Shown here piece by piece: positions 12,502-24,777 of a stretch of 64,000 nucleotides of DNA. Source of the stretch: Centroscyllium fabricii (taxonomy: Eukaryota). Under the pieces are notes generated by a model, which saw only the letters and a list, made by a program, of their open reading frames with translations, did not search any database and was not told the DNA's origin. Both the position numbers and the translations under genes were made by a program. The stretch is from positions 159,030,001 through 159,094,000 of the forward strand of contig JBNRSN020000010.1 in NCBI GenBank assembly GCA_051313645.2, written 5' to 3'. Numbering within the stretch: the first letter of the stretch is position 1; each line of letters opens with the position of its first letter.

Positions 12502-13713
12502 CCTGAAACCTGCCGTTGTGTGTCAGCCAGCACGTTCCACACCTTCAGTGGAAGTGGGTGCGAGGAGCCCACAGGTACCGCTCCACGAAAATTGCTTCTA
12601 ATCCGTGCTTGAGTGCTAAACCTGCAGGTGTCTGGTTTAGCCCCTCCAGGCAAGTTCAAACGAAGGTAATCAGCAATTGGGATCAAAATTGCGTGCTAAA
12701 ACCAGACTTTGAAAGCAGGCGTATCTTATTAACACAGCACCAAAATAACCCCCTTATGCTCAAACTGAGTTTACTTCTCTGCTTCTAAAATTATTGTATG
12801 TTTTACTATTTAATTATAAATTATGATATAAAATCAAATTCTACAAAATAAGGACAGAATGTAACATATTTGCATAAGCAGTTTCCATTATAAATGTGGA
12901 CTTAGGAATTTAAAATGGAAATAGACAAATTCAGACAGATTGCAGAGCAACAGGAAGACAAGGAAGAAAAAGAATAAATCCAGATCACGAGATTGGGAAC
13001 GGGAGGGGTTTGGCGGCAGAAGTGTCTTGCCTCCCGTGAGAATTCCCGACAACTAGGAGGCGTGTGAACTCCAGGCGCAATGTGCGGACATTTCTTCTGG
13101 ATCCGCTCCTAGATTGCTCACTCACAGCAGGGCCCAGGTGATCACGGAGCCTCACATTTGTCTGGGGCCCCTGTAGGCGTGTGCATTAATCAGCCCCTGG
13201 TTGGATGAGACACCCCAACAGTTTTTGAACACAGCAGGAAGCACATTAGTGGTAGGAGAGGTAAATTGCATGTAGCTGAAACTCAGGGGGATGTGGACAA
13301 TTAGAGTGAGGCATCAGAATAGGGGGACAAAGTCCTTGCAGCATTAAGAAAGGCTGTGTAGGCGTTTCAACACATTGGTAGCCTTTGAGAAAGCTGGTGG
13401 TAGATGGTTGAGGAGTGGCGAGTAAAACTGAAATTACAGAACAATGCTGCACCGACCCCACAGTTTGATGGCTGCTGAAGCAGAGCCGGTGCTGCATGAG
13501 GTGTTTGCAAGGAGGTTGGGCTTGTTCGCCAATCTGTGGCCCCATCACCATTGGTGGGTATTGCTGCATGCCTACAAGGGGGAGGATACATGCTTGAGGC
13601 CTCAACGGGCTAGTATTGTCACTGGCTTTGCCAGCTGCATAGTAACTGTAGGGTGTCCCTTCAACACCTGGTCCTCTGCCGAGCTAGAGCTTGTTAATCA
13701 AGCTATGATGGCT

Positions 13714-14324
13714 ATTCAATTCAATTCAATTCAAGTTTTATTGTCATTGCAGAGTACTAGTACAATACAACGAGATGAAGACTCGACGCTCCCGAGAGTA
13801 GTGCAAATAAATTACATGCAAATTGCATACAGTAAAGTACATTTTCAGGTGTGCAGGTACCGGAGTTTATTTTTAGAGTTCAGGAGGCTGACAGCCCTGG
13901 GGAAGAAGCTGTTCTTAAATCTAGTTGTGCGGGTGCGAATTGATCTGTAGCGTCTCCCGGAGGGCAGGGGGGCGAACAGACTGTGGCTGGGGTGTGTGGG
14001 GTCTTTAATAATGTTCAGAGACCTTCGTAGGCAGCGTTTGAGGTAGATTCTTTCAATTGACGGTAGCTGGGTACCGGTGATTCGTTGGGCAGTTTTGACT
14101 ACCCGCTGCAGGGCCTTCCGGTCCGAGATGGTGCAATTTCCATACCAGACTGTGATGCAGCTTGTCAGTATGCTTTCGATTGTGCAGCGGTAGAAGTTGG
14201 AGAGGATGCCGGATGACAGCCTGGCTTTCTTCAGCTTTCTTAGGAAGTACAGGCGCTGTTGGGCCTTCTTAACCAGAGAGGAGGTGTTTAGTGACCAGGA
14301 GAGGTCTTCCGAGATGTGGACCCC
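13714..14324 (-). mobile_element. 5'-truncated Rex1/Babar LINE
   Basis: Near-identical reverse complement of ~6995-7600, including the TTGAA tail. Confidence 0.92.
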
Positions 14325-14556
14325 TCTGACCACTCTGATTGATCACTCTGACTGGCCTTCTTCCATGCACGACCATTTGATGGATGACAAGCTGTGATTG
14401 GAGTGCCTCTGAAGGACCATTTAGTATTTGTACCATTCGGCTACTGCTTCCCCTGGGAATTGGAGTCTCTGGATGCATTAATTCTCTGCTAAAGCAAGGC
14501 ACCTTTACCTTTGTCTATGGGTGTGGAGTGAGGGTACCAGCAGGTAGGCATAGAAG

Positions 14557-15344
14557 GGGGGGATTTTGCCAGAAGTGCGGGAACCTGGCGGGGATTGTTC
14601 GGGGCGTGTTCCTGTCCCGCCTGGCCAAAGACCTGGGAACCCCACGCAATTTTCATTTAATTGAGTTATTAAATCCCCACCTGCGGCAGCCGGTGGTAAT
14701 TGAATCAATCGAGTTGGGGCTGCAGCGGGAATGGAGCAGTTTGATTGACAGTTCCGGCACTGGTTGTTGACAGTTCCCATGGAAACACTCCACTGTGACA
14801 TCACAGTCGAGTGGAACCAATGGGAAAGGTCAAGTGCTGGTGACTGACAGGTGGGAGGGCGGGCTCCGAATCCTTGACAGCTCAGCACCGGCTGTGAGGA
14901 AATGTGCAAAGCTGAGATTTCTCAGTTTTTGCCTACAGCTGGTGCACCCACCACGGAGTAACTTACTCCTCTAAGGTGCTGGAGGCATGCCAAGCATTTT
15001 GCAGCATGCTCTTCACACCTTGAAGGAGAAAGTAATGACCAGCACTGTGCTCCCACTGAGTTTCACCCAACAGGGTTTAAGGTGATGGAGAATGGGCGGG
15101 AAACAGCTAAGAATGGCTAAGGGCCCTTAAAATGGCATTACAGATGCCAATTAAGGGCCTTTAACAACCTAAACAACCATCCCCGCTGGCTGCCGGCGGG
15201 AAAGATTTGGGGCGGGGAAAGAGGCTGTCCAAAAATGCAAAACTGGCGGGGATCCGGCGGGCTGGGGCGAGACCCAACAAGTTTGCTATTTTCACCTCCC
15301 AGCCGCCCAAAACCCCGCCTCACGGGGACATGAAAATCCCCCCC
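14557..15344. mobile_element. Harbinger-like MITE
   Basis: Ends GGGGGGATTTT / AAAATCCCCCC; possible 3-bp duplication AAG. Confidence 0.5.
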
Positions 15345-15639
15345 AAGATCTCTGGTGCATCCTGATTTGTCTGGGATCACTCCACTGGTCCTCTTTTATT
15401 CTCAGATAAAGAGGGAATTCTCATTGGAGAACCCATTGATAGCAGCAATGGAGCAGTCGGAAAATAAACAGGCAGCAGAGCGATTGCCACAAAGTTTCCT
15501 CAAAATCCAAATAGCAACACGGGAACAAAAAGAGAAAGTGAGAGCAGTGCAGAAATGCCTTTAAAACTCATGATTTAATTTTCTTACTCTGTCCTTCAAG
15601 TACACAACTGATTCCCTGAATTAAAAAAAAATATATTTT

Positions 15640-16067
15640 TTAATTCATTGATGAGATGTGGGCGTCGCTGGCTGGCTAGGCCTGCATTTAGTGCCCATCC
15701 CTAATTGCTCTCGAGAAGATGGTGGTGAGCCGCCTTCTTGTTACAACTGAGTGGCTTGCTGGGCCATTTCAGAGGGCATTAAGAGTCAACCACATTGCTG
15801 TGGGTCCGGAGTCACATGTAGGCCAGACCGGGTAAGGACGGCAGATTTCCTTCCCTAAAAGACATTAGTAAACCAGATGGGCTTTTGTGACAATCGACAA
15901 TGGTATCATGGTCGCCATTACTAAGACTAAAATTTAATTCCAGAATTAAATTGAATTGAATTTAAATTCCACCAGCTGCCGTGGTGGGATTTGAACCCAT
16001 ATCCTCAGAGTACTTGATCTGAGCCTCTGGCTTACTAGTCTAGTGACATAACTACTACGCCACCGCC
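15640..16067 (-). mobile_element. tRNA-derived SINE sharing its 3' tail with the LINE at 7634-8995
   Basis: Minus strand has A-box TGGCGTAGTAG and B-box GGTTCAAATCC. Its ~90-nt tail AAGAAGGCGGCTCACCACC...GCCCACATC matches 8904-8984. Confidence 0.85.
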
Positions 16068-18505
16068 TTACTCTAAAGCCTTATTCAGAGTGATATATTT
16101 TCCAAAACTTTCTAACAAGTACTACCTGAAATTAACAAAGGTCTTCAGTTCTCCTTCACCTCAACCCTAACCTCCATAATTGCACAAAATTGATTTCTAT
16201 TGGTGAGACATGGGCTAACCATTAGATATATCTACCTCCAATTGTGAGGTGTTTACTATGAAATACCTAATCAATAATGGAGCACTATTCCAGGGTTACT
16301 GGAGGTAGGGAATTTCATATGACCCCACTAATAAGCTCATAACTTTATCTAGCAATCACTTTGACAGCCTGAATATTTTAATATTCTCCAGAATTAGAAA
16401 GTTTTTTAAAAATTCAATGACATTAGCTCAGTTCCTATCTGCCTGCAGAAAAGCCATTGTTGGGAAGGTCATAGCCTGGAATTTGGATATATCAAGGAAG
16501 TTATTAATGGAGAATATCTAAGGAGTTAAATTGGGTCATAGTTAAAAAGAAGAAAGACTTGCATTTATATAACGTCTTTCATAGCCTTCGGACACCACTA
16601 TCGACAAAGATCCACTATAAGTCCACTGACTCCCACAGATACCTGGACTACACTGACTCCCACCCCGCTTCCTGTAAGGACTCTATTCCAGTTTCCCAAT
16701 TTCTCCGTCTCTGTCGCATCTGTGCTGACGATGCCACCTTCCATACCAGCACTTCCAATATGTCTTCCTTTTTCCTCAACCAAGGATTCCCCTCTGCCAT
16801 GGTTGACATGGCCCTCGACTCTGTCTGTTCCAGTTCCTGCACTTTGGCCCTCACACCTTCCCCTTCCTCCCAGAACCATGATAGGGTTCCCTCGTTGTCA
16901 CCTTTCACACCACCAGCCTCCACATTCAATGAATCATCCTCCACCATTTCCGCCACCTCCAGCGTGAACCCACTACCAAACACATCTTCCCCTCCCCTTT
17001 CATCATTCTGAAGGGATCGCTCCCTCCGCAACACCCTGGTCCACTCCTCAATCACCCCCAACAGCCCCTCCCCACCCCACGGTATCTTCCCGTGCAAGTA
17101 CAGGAGATGCAACACCTGCCCTTTTACCTCCTCCCTTACCACCGCCCAGGGACACAAACACTCCTTCCAGGTGAAACAGCGATTTACTTGTACTTACGAA
17201 CATATGAATTAGGAGCAGGAGTAGGCCACTCGGACCTTTGAGCCTGCTCCATCATTCAATAAGATCATGGCTGATCCGATTACTCCATATTCCCACCTAC
17301 CACCGATAACATTTTACCCCCTTACTTACCAAGAATCTATCTCCCTCTGCCTTAAAAATATTCAAAGACTCTGCTTTCACCGCCCTTTGAGGAAGAGAGT
17401 TCCAAAGACTCACCACCCTCTGTGAAAAGAAAATTCTCCTCATCTCTGTTTTAAATGGCCGACCCCTTATTTTTAAACAGTGACCCCTAGTTCTAGATTC
17501 TCCCACGAGGAAACATCCTCTCCACATCCACCCTGTCCAGACCCTCAGGATCTTATGTGTTTCAATCCAGTCACCTCTTACTCTTCTAAACTCCAGCAGA
17601 TACAAACCCAGCCTGTCCAACCTTTCCTCTAAAGACAATCCGCCCATTCCAGGTATTAGTCTAGTAAACCTTCTCTGAACTGCTTCCAACACATTTATAT
17701 CCTTCCTTAAATAAGGAGACCAATACTCTACACAGTATTCCAGATGTGGTCTCACCAATGCCCTGTATAACTGAAGCATAACCTCCCTACTTTTGTATTC
17801 AATTCCCTTCGCAATAAACGATAACATTCCATTAGCTTTCCTAATTACATACTTGCTGTACCTGCATAATAACTTTTTGTGATCCATGCAGTAGCACACC
17901 CAGATCCCTCTGAATCTCAGAGCTCTGCAATCTCTCACCATTTAGATAATATGCTTCTTTTTTATTCTTCCCGCCAAAATGGAATACTTCACATTTTCTC
18001 ACATTATACTCCATTTGCTAGATTTTTCCCCTCTCACTTAACCTATCGATATCCCTTTGTAGCCTCCTTATGTCCTCTTCACAGTTTACTTTCCTACCTA
18101 TCTTTGTGTCATCAGCAAATTTAGCAACCATACCTTTGGTCACTTCAACCAAGTTATTTACATAAATTGTAAAAAGTTGAGGCCCCAGCACTGATCCCTG
18201 TAGCACACTGACGTATCGTCAATTTGTCTTAATAAAAGACTAGACGAGTAGTTACCGTAACTATAGGCTTTTATTAACTTACTTTGGAGCTACCCTCCGA
18301 ACGAACATCAGAACAGAATGAGGGAGCCCCGGTCAGTCCTCACCTATAAAGGCCTCACCTGGGGGAGGAGTTAGAGGTGTGGCTGACCTGGCTCCACGAC
18401 AGTGTTACAAAGCGGTGTATCATACAAAGCCAATGTTGGCGACAATATTACAGTGGTAATCGTATATACAATATGGGTTACCACATTCACCCCTTCTTGA
18501 AAATT

Positions 18506-21500
18506 TTAAGTCCGGCGGGGTGAATGGACAGAGCAGTTCATTATGAGCTTGTCCGGCAGTCGTGTCAGCCTGGAGGATCGCCGGGGCTCCGATAAAGGTT
18601 CATCGTGTTCCGTACTGCTCGAGTCCGGTGGTGGTGACAGTGGCTCTGGTGCTGTGATTTCGGATGCTGGTGGTCTCAATTGGTCCGAGCCATCGGAATG
18701 GTGGTCTTGGGCTGGCCACGGCTGGGGCTCTGGAAACCTCGGAGGCCATCGTAGATGTAGGGGGTGTTCTAGATACTGTGGCTGGGTGGGCTGCTGCCCG
18801 ACCAGGGGCTCTGCTGGGGTGCTCCCGGCGGGCGCCAGGTCCCTGATGGATACGGTGTCCTCGCGCCCATCCGGGAACTGCACGAAGGCATATTGCGGAT
18901 TCGCGTGCAGGAGCGGCACCTTGTCCACCAGGGGGTCGGTCTTGTGGCCACGGACGTGTCTCCTAAGGAAGACCGGCCCCGGTGTCGTGAGCCATGGAGG
19001 AAGAGCTGTCCCCGAAGTCGACTTCCTGGGGAAGGAAAAAATCAAGTCATGAGGTGTGGCGTTAGTGGCTGTGCACAGGAGAGAGCATATTGAATGCAAC
19101 GCATCTGGGAGGACTGCCTGCCAATGGGCCACTGGAAGGCCTCTGGACTTCAGAGCCAGGGTGACCGCCTTCCAGATGATCCCATTCTCCCTTTATACCT
19201 GGCCGTTCCCCCGGGGGTTAGAACTGGTCGTTCTGCTCGTGGCAACCCCTTTCTGGAGCAGAAACTGACGCAGTTCATCGCTCATGAACGATGACCCCTG
19301 GTCGCTATGGATGTAGCTGGGGAGACCGAAAATGGCGAACAGCGTGGTGAAGTGTTTTATCACCGTTGCGCTCATCATATCTGCGCAGGGGAAGGCGAAG
19401 GGGAAGCGGGAGAACTCATCTACGACCGTGAGGAAGTATGAGTTGCGGTCGGTGGTGGGGAGGGGGCCTTTGAAGTCCACGCTTAGACGTTCAAAGGGGC
19501 GGGTGGCCTTAATGAGGTGCACCGTGTCTGGCCGGAAAATTGGGGTTTGCACTCGGCGCAAACAGGGCAATCTCGGGTCATAGCCTTGATCTCCGTGATG
19601 GAGTAGGGGAGGCTACGGGATCGAACAAAGTGGGCGAGTCTGGTGACACCCGGGTGGCAAAGGCGGTCGTGGAGGTCCTTCAGCCGGTCTAGCTGGGCCT
19701 GGCGCACATTCCCCTGGACAGTGCGTCCGGGGGTTCATTGAGTTTACCTGGTCGGTAAAGAATGTCATACTCGTAAGTCGAGAGTTCGATCCGCCACTGC
19801 AGGATCTTATCATTCTTGATCTTACCCTTCTGTTTACTATTAAACATAAACGCCACCGACCGTTGGTCGGTGAGAAGGGTAAAACGCTTACCAGCCAGGT
19901 AATGACGCCAGTAGCGCACGGTCTCCACGATGGCCTGGGCCTCCTTTTCCACTGCAGAGTGGCGAGTTTCGGGTCCCTGTAGGGTGCGGGAGAAAAACGC
20001 TACGGGCCTGCCTGCCTGATTCAGGGTGGCAGCAAGGGCAAAGTCTGAAGCGTCGCTCTCCACCTGGGAGGGAATGGATTCATCAAGAGCGAGCATGGTC
20101 GCCTTGATGATGTCTTCCTTTATCCGGGCGAATGCCGTTTGGGCTTCTACCGAGAGGGGGAAGACGGCAGCCTTGAGGAGTGGTCTAGCCTTGTCCGCGA
20201 ACTGTGGGACCCATTGTGCATAGTAGGACAAAAATCCTAGGCATCTCCTCAAGGCTTTGGGGTTGTGAGGTAGGGGCAGTTCTTGTAGGGGACGCATACG
20301 CTGTGGGTCGGGGCCGAGGACCCCGTTCTCCACCACGTATCCGAGGATGGCGAGCCGGTCTGTATTAAAGACACATTTGTCCTTGTTATACGTAAGGTCC
20401 AGCTTATCCGCCGTGTCAAGGAATTTGGCCAGATTGGCATCGTGGTCCTGCTGGTCGTGGCCGCAGATGGTCACGTTGTCCAGGTAAGGGAAAGTGGCCC
20501 GCAACTTGTTCTGGTCAACCATGCGGTCCATCTCCCGTTGGAACACTGACACTCCGTTGGTCACGCCGAAGGGGACCCGGAGGAAGTGGTAGAGCCGACC
20601 GTTCGCCTCGAAGGCGGTGTACGGGCGGTCGGGTTTCCGGATCGGGAGTTGGTGATACGCCGACTTAAGGTCGATTGTGGAGAACACCTTGTATTGGGCG
20701 ATCTGATTGACCATGTCTGAGATGCGGGGGAGTGGGTAGGCGTCGAGCCCGGTGTAGCGGTTGATAGTCTGGCTGTAATCGATAACCAGCCACTGTTTCT
20801 CGCCAGACTTCACCACTACTACCTGGGCCCGCCAGGGGCTGGTGCTGGCTTCAATTATCCCCTCCTTCAGCATACGCCCGACCTCCGACCTGATAAACGT
20901 GCGATCCCCCACGCTGTACCGCCGACTCTTTGTAGCAATAGGTTTGCACTTGGGGTCGAGGTTGGCGAACAGTGAGGGGTGGTCGATTTTCAGGGTGGAG
21001 AGGCCGCAGGCCGGGCTCCGCTTTGGGAAGGGACTGTCCCGGCTACTGACGGTGAGGGGGGGCAAGGTCCCCCCGAACTCCATTGTCACGCTCTTGAAGT
21101 GGCACTGGAAATCCAGACCTAGTAAGGCTGGGGTACACAACTGCTTGAGGGTGTACAATTTAAAATTACGGTACACGCAACCCTTGACCGTGAGCGTGAC
21201 GGAACAGTAGCCGGTGACGTCCGCGGTGTGGGACTTTGAAGCAAGGGAGACTTGGTAGTTCGTGGGCAGGATCTGCAGTCCATAGCGCTGCGCTGTATCG
21301 GGGTGTATAAAACTCTCCGTGCTTCCAGTGTCAAACAGGCAATTGGTAATATGGCCGTTAATTTTAATCGGCATGATTGAGTTAGAAAGGTTGTGTGGCC
21401 TAGCCTGGTCCACTTTGGGTATGGCTGAGGCAGAAGTGTGCCTTTGTGTGTGGGGGCCCCCTGCTGGTTGGGGCTGTACACAAAATGGCGGCGCCCCTGG

Positions 21501-22716
21501 CTCGCACATGGTGGGGCCCTGGAGACAAAATGGCGGCGCCGAGGGGTCGCACATGGCGGGCCGCTGGAGACAAGATGGCGGCGCCGGGGGTCGCACATGG
21601 TGTGCCGCTGGAGATGAGATGGCGGCGCCCGTGGTTCGCACGCAGCAGGCCGCGGTGACTGGGTTGGCGGCGCCCGTGGTTCGCAGGCAGCGGGCCGCGG
21701 TGACTGGGTTGGCGGTGCCCGTGGTTCGCACACAGCGAGCCGCGGTGGTTGGGTTGGCGGTGCCCGTGATTCGCACACAGCGGGCCACGCTGGGTCTGCC
21801 GCTGGCGTTGGGTGGTCGCGCTTGGCCGGCCTTTGCCGCATCAGGGTGGGAGATGGGGGCGCTTTCCTTCTACCCCCGTACCGTTGCTGGATCGCGCTGC
21901 TATTGCAGCTTACCTGAGGTCTGGCGGAGCTTTCACAGGCTGCGCTGTTGTACCTGAAGTTGGGCGCTGCTGGTGCTGATCTGCAGGCCTTCGCATAGTG
22001 TCCCTTTTTGGAGCACCTCTCACAGGTCGCGGTCCTCGCTGGGCATCTCGCTCGTGGGTGCAGTCCCTGGCCGCAGAAATAGCACTGTTTGTCCTCTGCG
22101 GCTGTCGCAGCCATCGTGGTGCTGCCCAGGCCTGGGCCCGTTGTGGCGCGGCCCACATGTCGTAGGCCTGCGGGTTTGTGCCGCTGTACGCCTGCAGCTT
22201 ATTGCGTTCTCCTTCCACGGAGTTAGCTATGGAGATCGCCTCCTCAAGAGTCAAAGAGTCCTTTTCGAGCAGCCGTTGGCGGGCTTCCATGCACCTCAGG
22301 CCAGTTACATACGCATCTTGGACGAGGAAATTCGCCTCCTCTTCTGCTGTCCGGGCTTGGCAGCCACAGACCCGTACCAGGGCCTGAAGCGCTTGCTCAA
22401 ATTGTTCATTAGTCTCACCCGGTAGTTGTGGTCTGGTCGCGAGCACATGTCTGGCGTAGACCGAATGGACCGGGCGCTCGTAGCATTTCCTCAGCTTTTC
22501 CACTGCCCCTGGGTAGGTTTTGACGTCTCGGATGAGGGAGAATACTCGGCTGGAGATCCTAGACCGGAGAACCTGCAATTTGTTCTCGTCGGTTGTAGCC
22601 TTGGCGGCGTCCATGTAGGCCTCCAGGAGACCGAACCAGTGTTCGAACGTGGTGGCGGCGGCTGGGTCCTGTGGACTGATGTCCAGCTTCTCTGGCTTTA
22701 CCGCACCGCTCTCCAT
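18506..22716 (-). pseudogene. gag-pol of copy A, with several frameshifts and one stop
   Basis: Two CCHC knuckles, DTGS protease, YLDN RT, DASD RNase H, HHCC/DDE integrase. Compared with copy B: 19-nt deletion ~22115, 1-nt losses ~19698 and ~19538, and a stop at 19193. Confidence 0.92.
21483..21790. repeat. GC-rich 42-bp tandem repeat inside gag-pol of copy A (~7 units)
   Basis: Recurrent TGGCGGYGCCC...TCGCAC units encoding CxxxAPP 14-mers. Confidence 0.88.
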
Positions 22717-24777
22717 TTCAAAATTTTTAAGTTAATAAAATTGACGTATCGTCAATTTGTCTTAATAAAAGACTAGACGAGTAGTTACCGTAACTATAGG
22801 CTTTTATTAACTTACTTTGGAGCTACCCTCCGAACGAACATCAGAACAGAATGAGGGAGCCCCGGTCAGTCCTCACCTATAAAGGCCTCACCTGGGGGAG
22901 GAGTTAGAGGTGTGGCTGACCTGGCTCCATGACAGTGTTACAAAGCGGTGTATCATACAAAGCCAATGTTGGCGACAATATTACAGTGGTAATCGTATAT
23001 ACAATATGGGTTACCACACACACCACACGTTGCATCTTGCCAATCAGAAAATGACCCATTTATACCTACTCTCTGTTCCCTGTTAGCTAGCCAATCTTCT
23101 ATCCATACCAATATGTTACCCCCAACACCATGAGCTTTTATTTTCCGCAATAACCTTTGATGTGGCACTTTATCAAATGCCTTCTGGAAATCTAAGTACA
23201 GTACATCCACCAGTTCCCCTTTATCCACATCACATGTTACTTCCTCATAGAACTCCAATAAATTGGTTAAACATGATTTCCCTTGCACAAAACCATGTTG
23301 ATTACTTTGAACTTTTCTAAGTGCCCTGCTATAACATCTTTAGAATAGCTTCTAAGATCTTCTGTATGATAGATGTTAAGCTAACTGGCCTGTAGTTTCC
23401 TGTTTTCCGTCTCCCTCCCTTTTTGAATAAAGGAGTTACATTCGCTATTTCCCAATCTAATGGAACCTTCCCCGAATCCAGAGAATTTTGGAAAATTTAA
23501 ACCAACGCACCAACTAACTCACTCGCAATTTCTTTTAAGACCCTAGGATGAAGTCCATCAGGACCCAGGGACTTGTCAGACTGCAGCTCCAACAATTTGC
23601 TCAGTACCACTTCCCTGGTGATTATAATTTTCTTGAGTTCCTCCCTCCCTTCCATTTCCTGATTTACAGCTATTTCTGGGATGTTACTGTATCCTCTATA
23701 GTGAAGACCGATTCAAAATACCCGTTCAATTCAAGTGCCATCTCCTTATTTTCCATTATTAATTCCCCAGACTCATTTTTTATAGGACCAATGCTCACTT
23801 TGTTAACTCTTTTCTTTTTAAAATATCTATAGAAACTCTTATTATCTGTTTTTATATTTCTTGCAATTTTGTATACTGTATTCACTGCTCACGATGCAGT
23901 CTCCTCTACATTGGGGAGACCAAATGCAGATTGGGCGGCCGCTTTGTGGAACACCTCCATTCAGTCCACAAGTGTGACCCCGAGCTTCCGGTCGCCTGTC
24001 ACTTTAATTCTCCACTCCACTCCCACTCTGACCTCTCTGTCCTCGGCATCTTACACTGTTCCAACGACGCTCAATGTAAGCTTAAGGAACAGCATCTCAT
24101 CTTTCTATACAGCCTTCTGGACTCAATATCGAGTTCCACAATTTCAGACCATAACCTCTGCCCCTATTTTTTCAGATGGCAGCTGTTGATTCTGCTATAC
24201 TCTGCTATGCACTTTCCTTGATTCGGGAGACTGGTGAGGTCAATGCATGCAGGTCTGCACGAGGTGGCAGTAGGTTTTGTGAAAGAAAGTCTTTTGTTGA
24301 ATGGGGAGTTCTTTACCCAACATCCATAGCGGCAGAGAAACCGCTCTATCCCTGGGATAGAGCCGTGCAAACTGGGTACAGTGCTCCCTATTCTACAAAA
24401 GCTGTTTCTTTCTCAAAACTTGCTACCACCTTGCACTGACCTGGGCGTCCTGGGTTTTAAGTTGTAGAAGGGGTTGGTGCATTAAAAACTGTCCATAGTT
24501 TGTAATTTGCGAGTGTCTGTGGTTTCAGGGTGCCTTTTGTATATTTTACCATGTAACTTATTTCTGCCTCTCAATTTTTTGCAGGTATCCATTTTTTTGG
24601 GAGGTGTCCATTTATACAGGTTTCACTGTACTACAGGTACACAACCCTTTATCCGCAAACCACGGAACCGGGTGGGTCTCGGTTTTCGGAAAAATAAGGT
24701 TTTTAGAGTTGGCCCCAGTGCGCATGCGCAGATCGCATGCGCATGCACATTTCTGTGTTTGTGACCCAGCAGTCGGG

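Larger units (their letters stand above)
18209..23018 (-). mobile_element. Full-length Gypsy, family F copy A
   Basis: 277-bp LTRs at 18209-18485 and 22742-23018 (one visible substitution). 5-bp TSD CACAC. PPT at ~18486-18500. Confidence 0.96.
17196..23863 (-). mobile_element. CR1 LINE (17196-18208 and 23019-23863), split by Gypsy copy A
   Basis: [35 protein letters not shown] and LVRPHLEYC motifs with frameshifts. Confidence 0.92.
16600..24170 (+). mobile_element. Penelope-like element remnant (16600-17195 and 23864-24170), split by a CR1
   Basis: IHYKSTDSHRYLDYTDSHPASCKDSIP.SQFLRL is the Penelope RT C-terminus, followed by Cys motifs and QRFTCT. After the CR1, VYCIHCSRCSLLYIGET.RLG.RF.EH is the GIY-YIG endonuclease. 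Confidence 0.88.
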
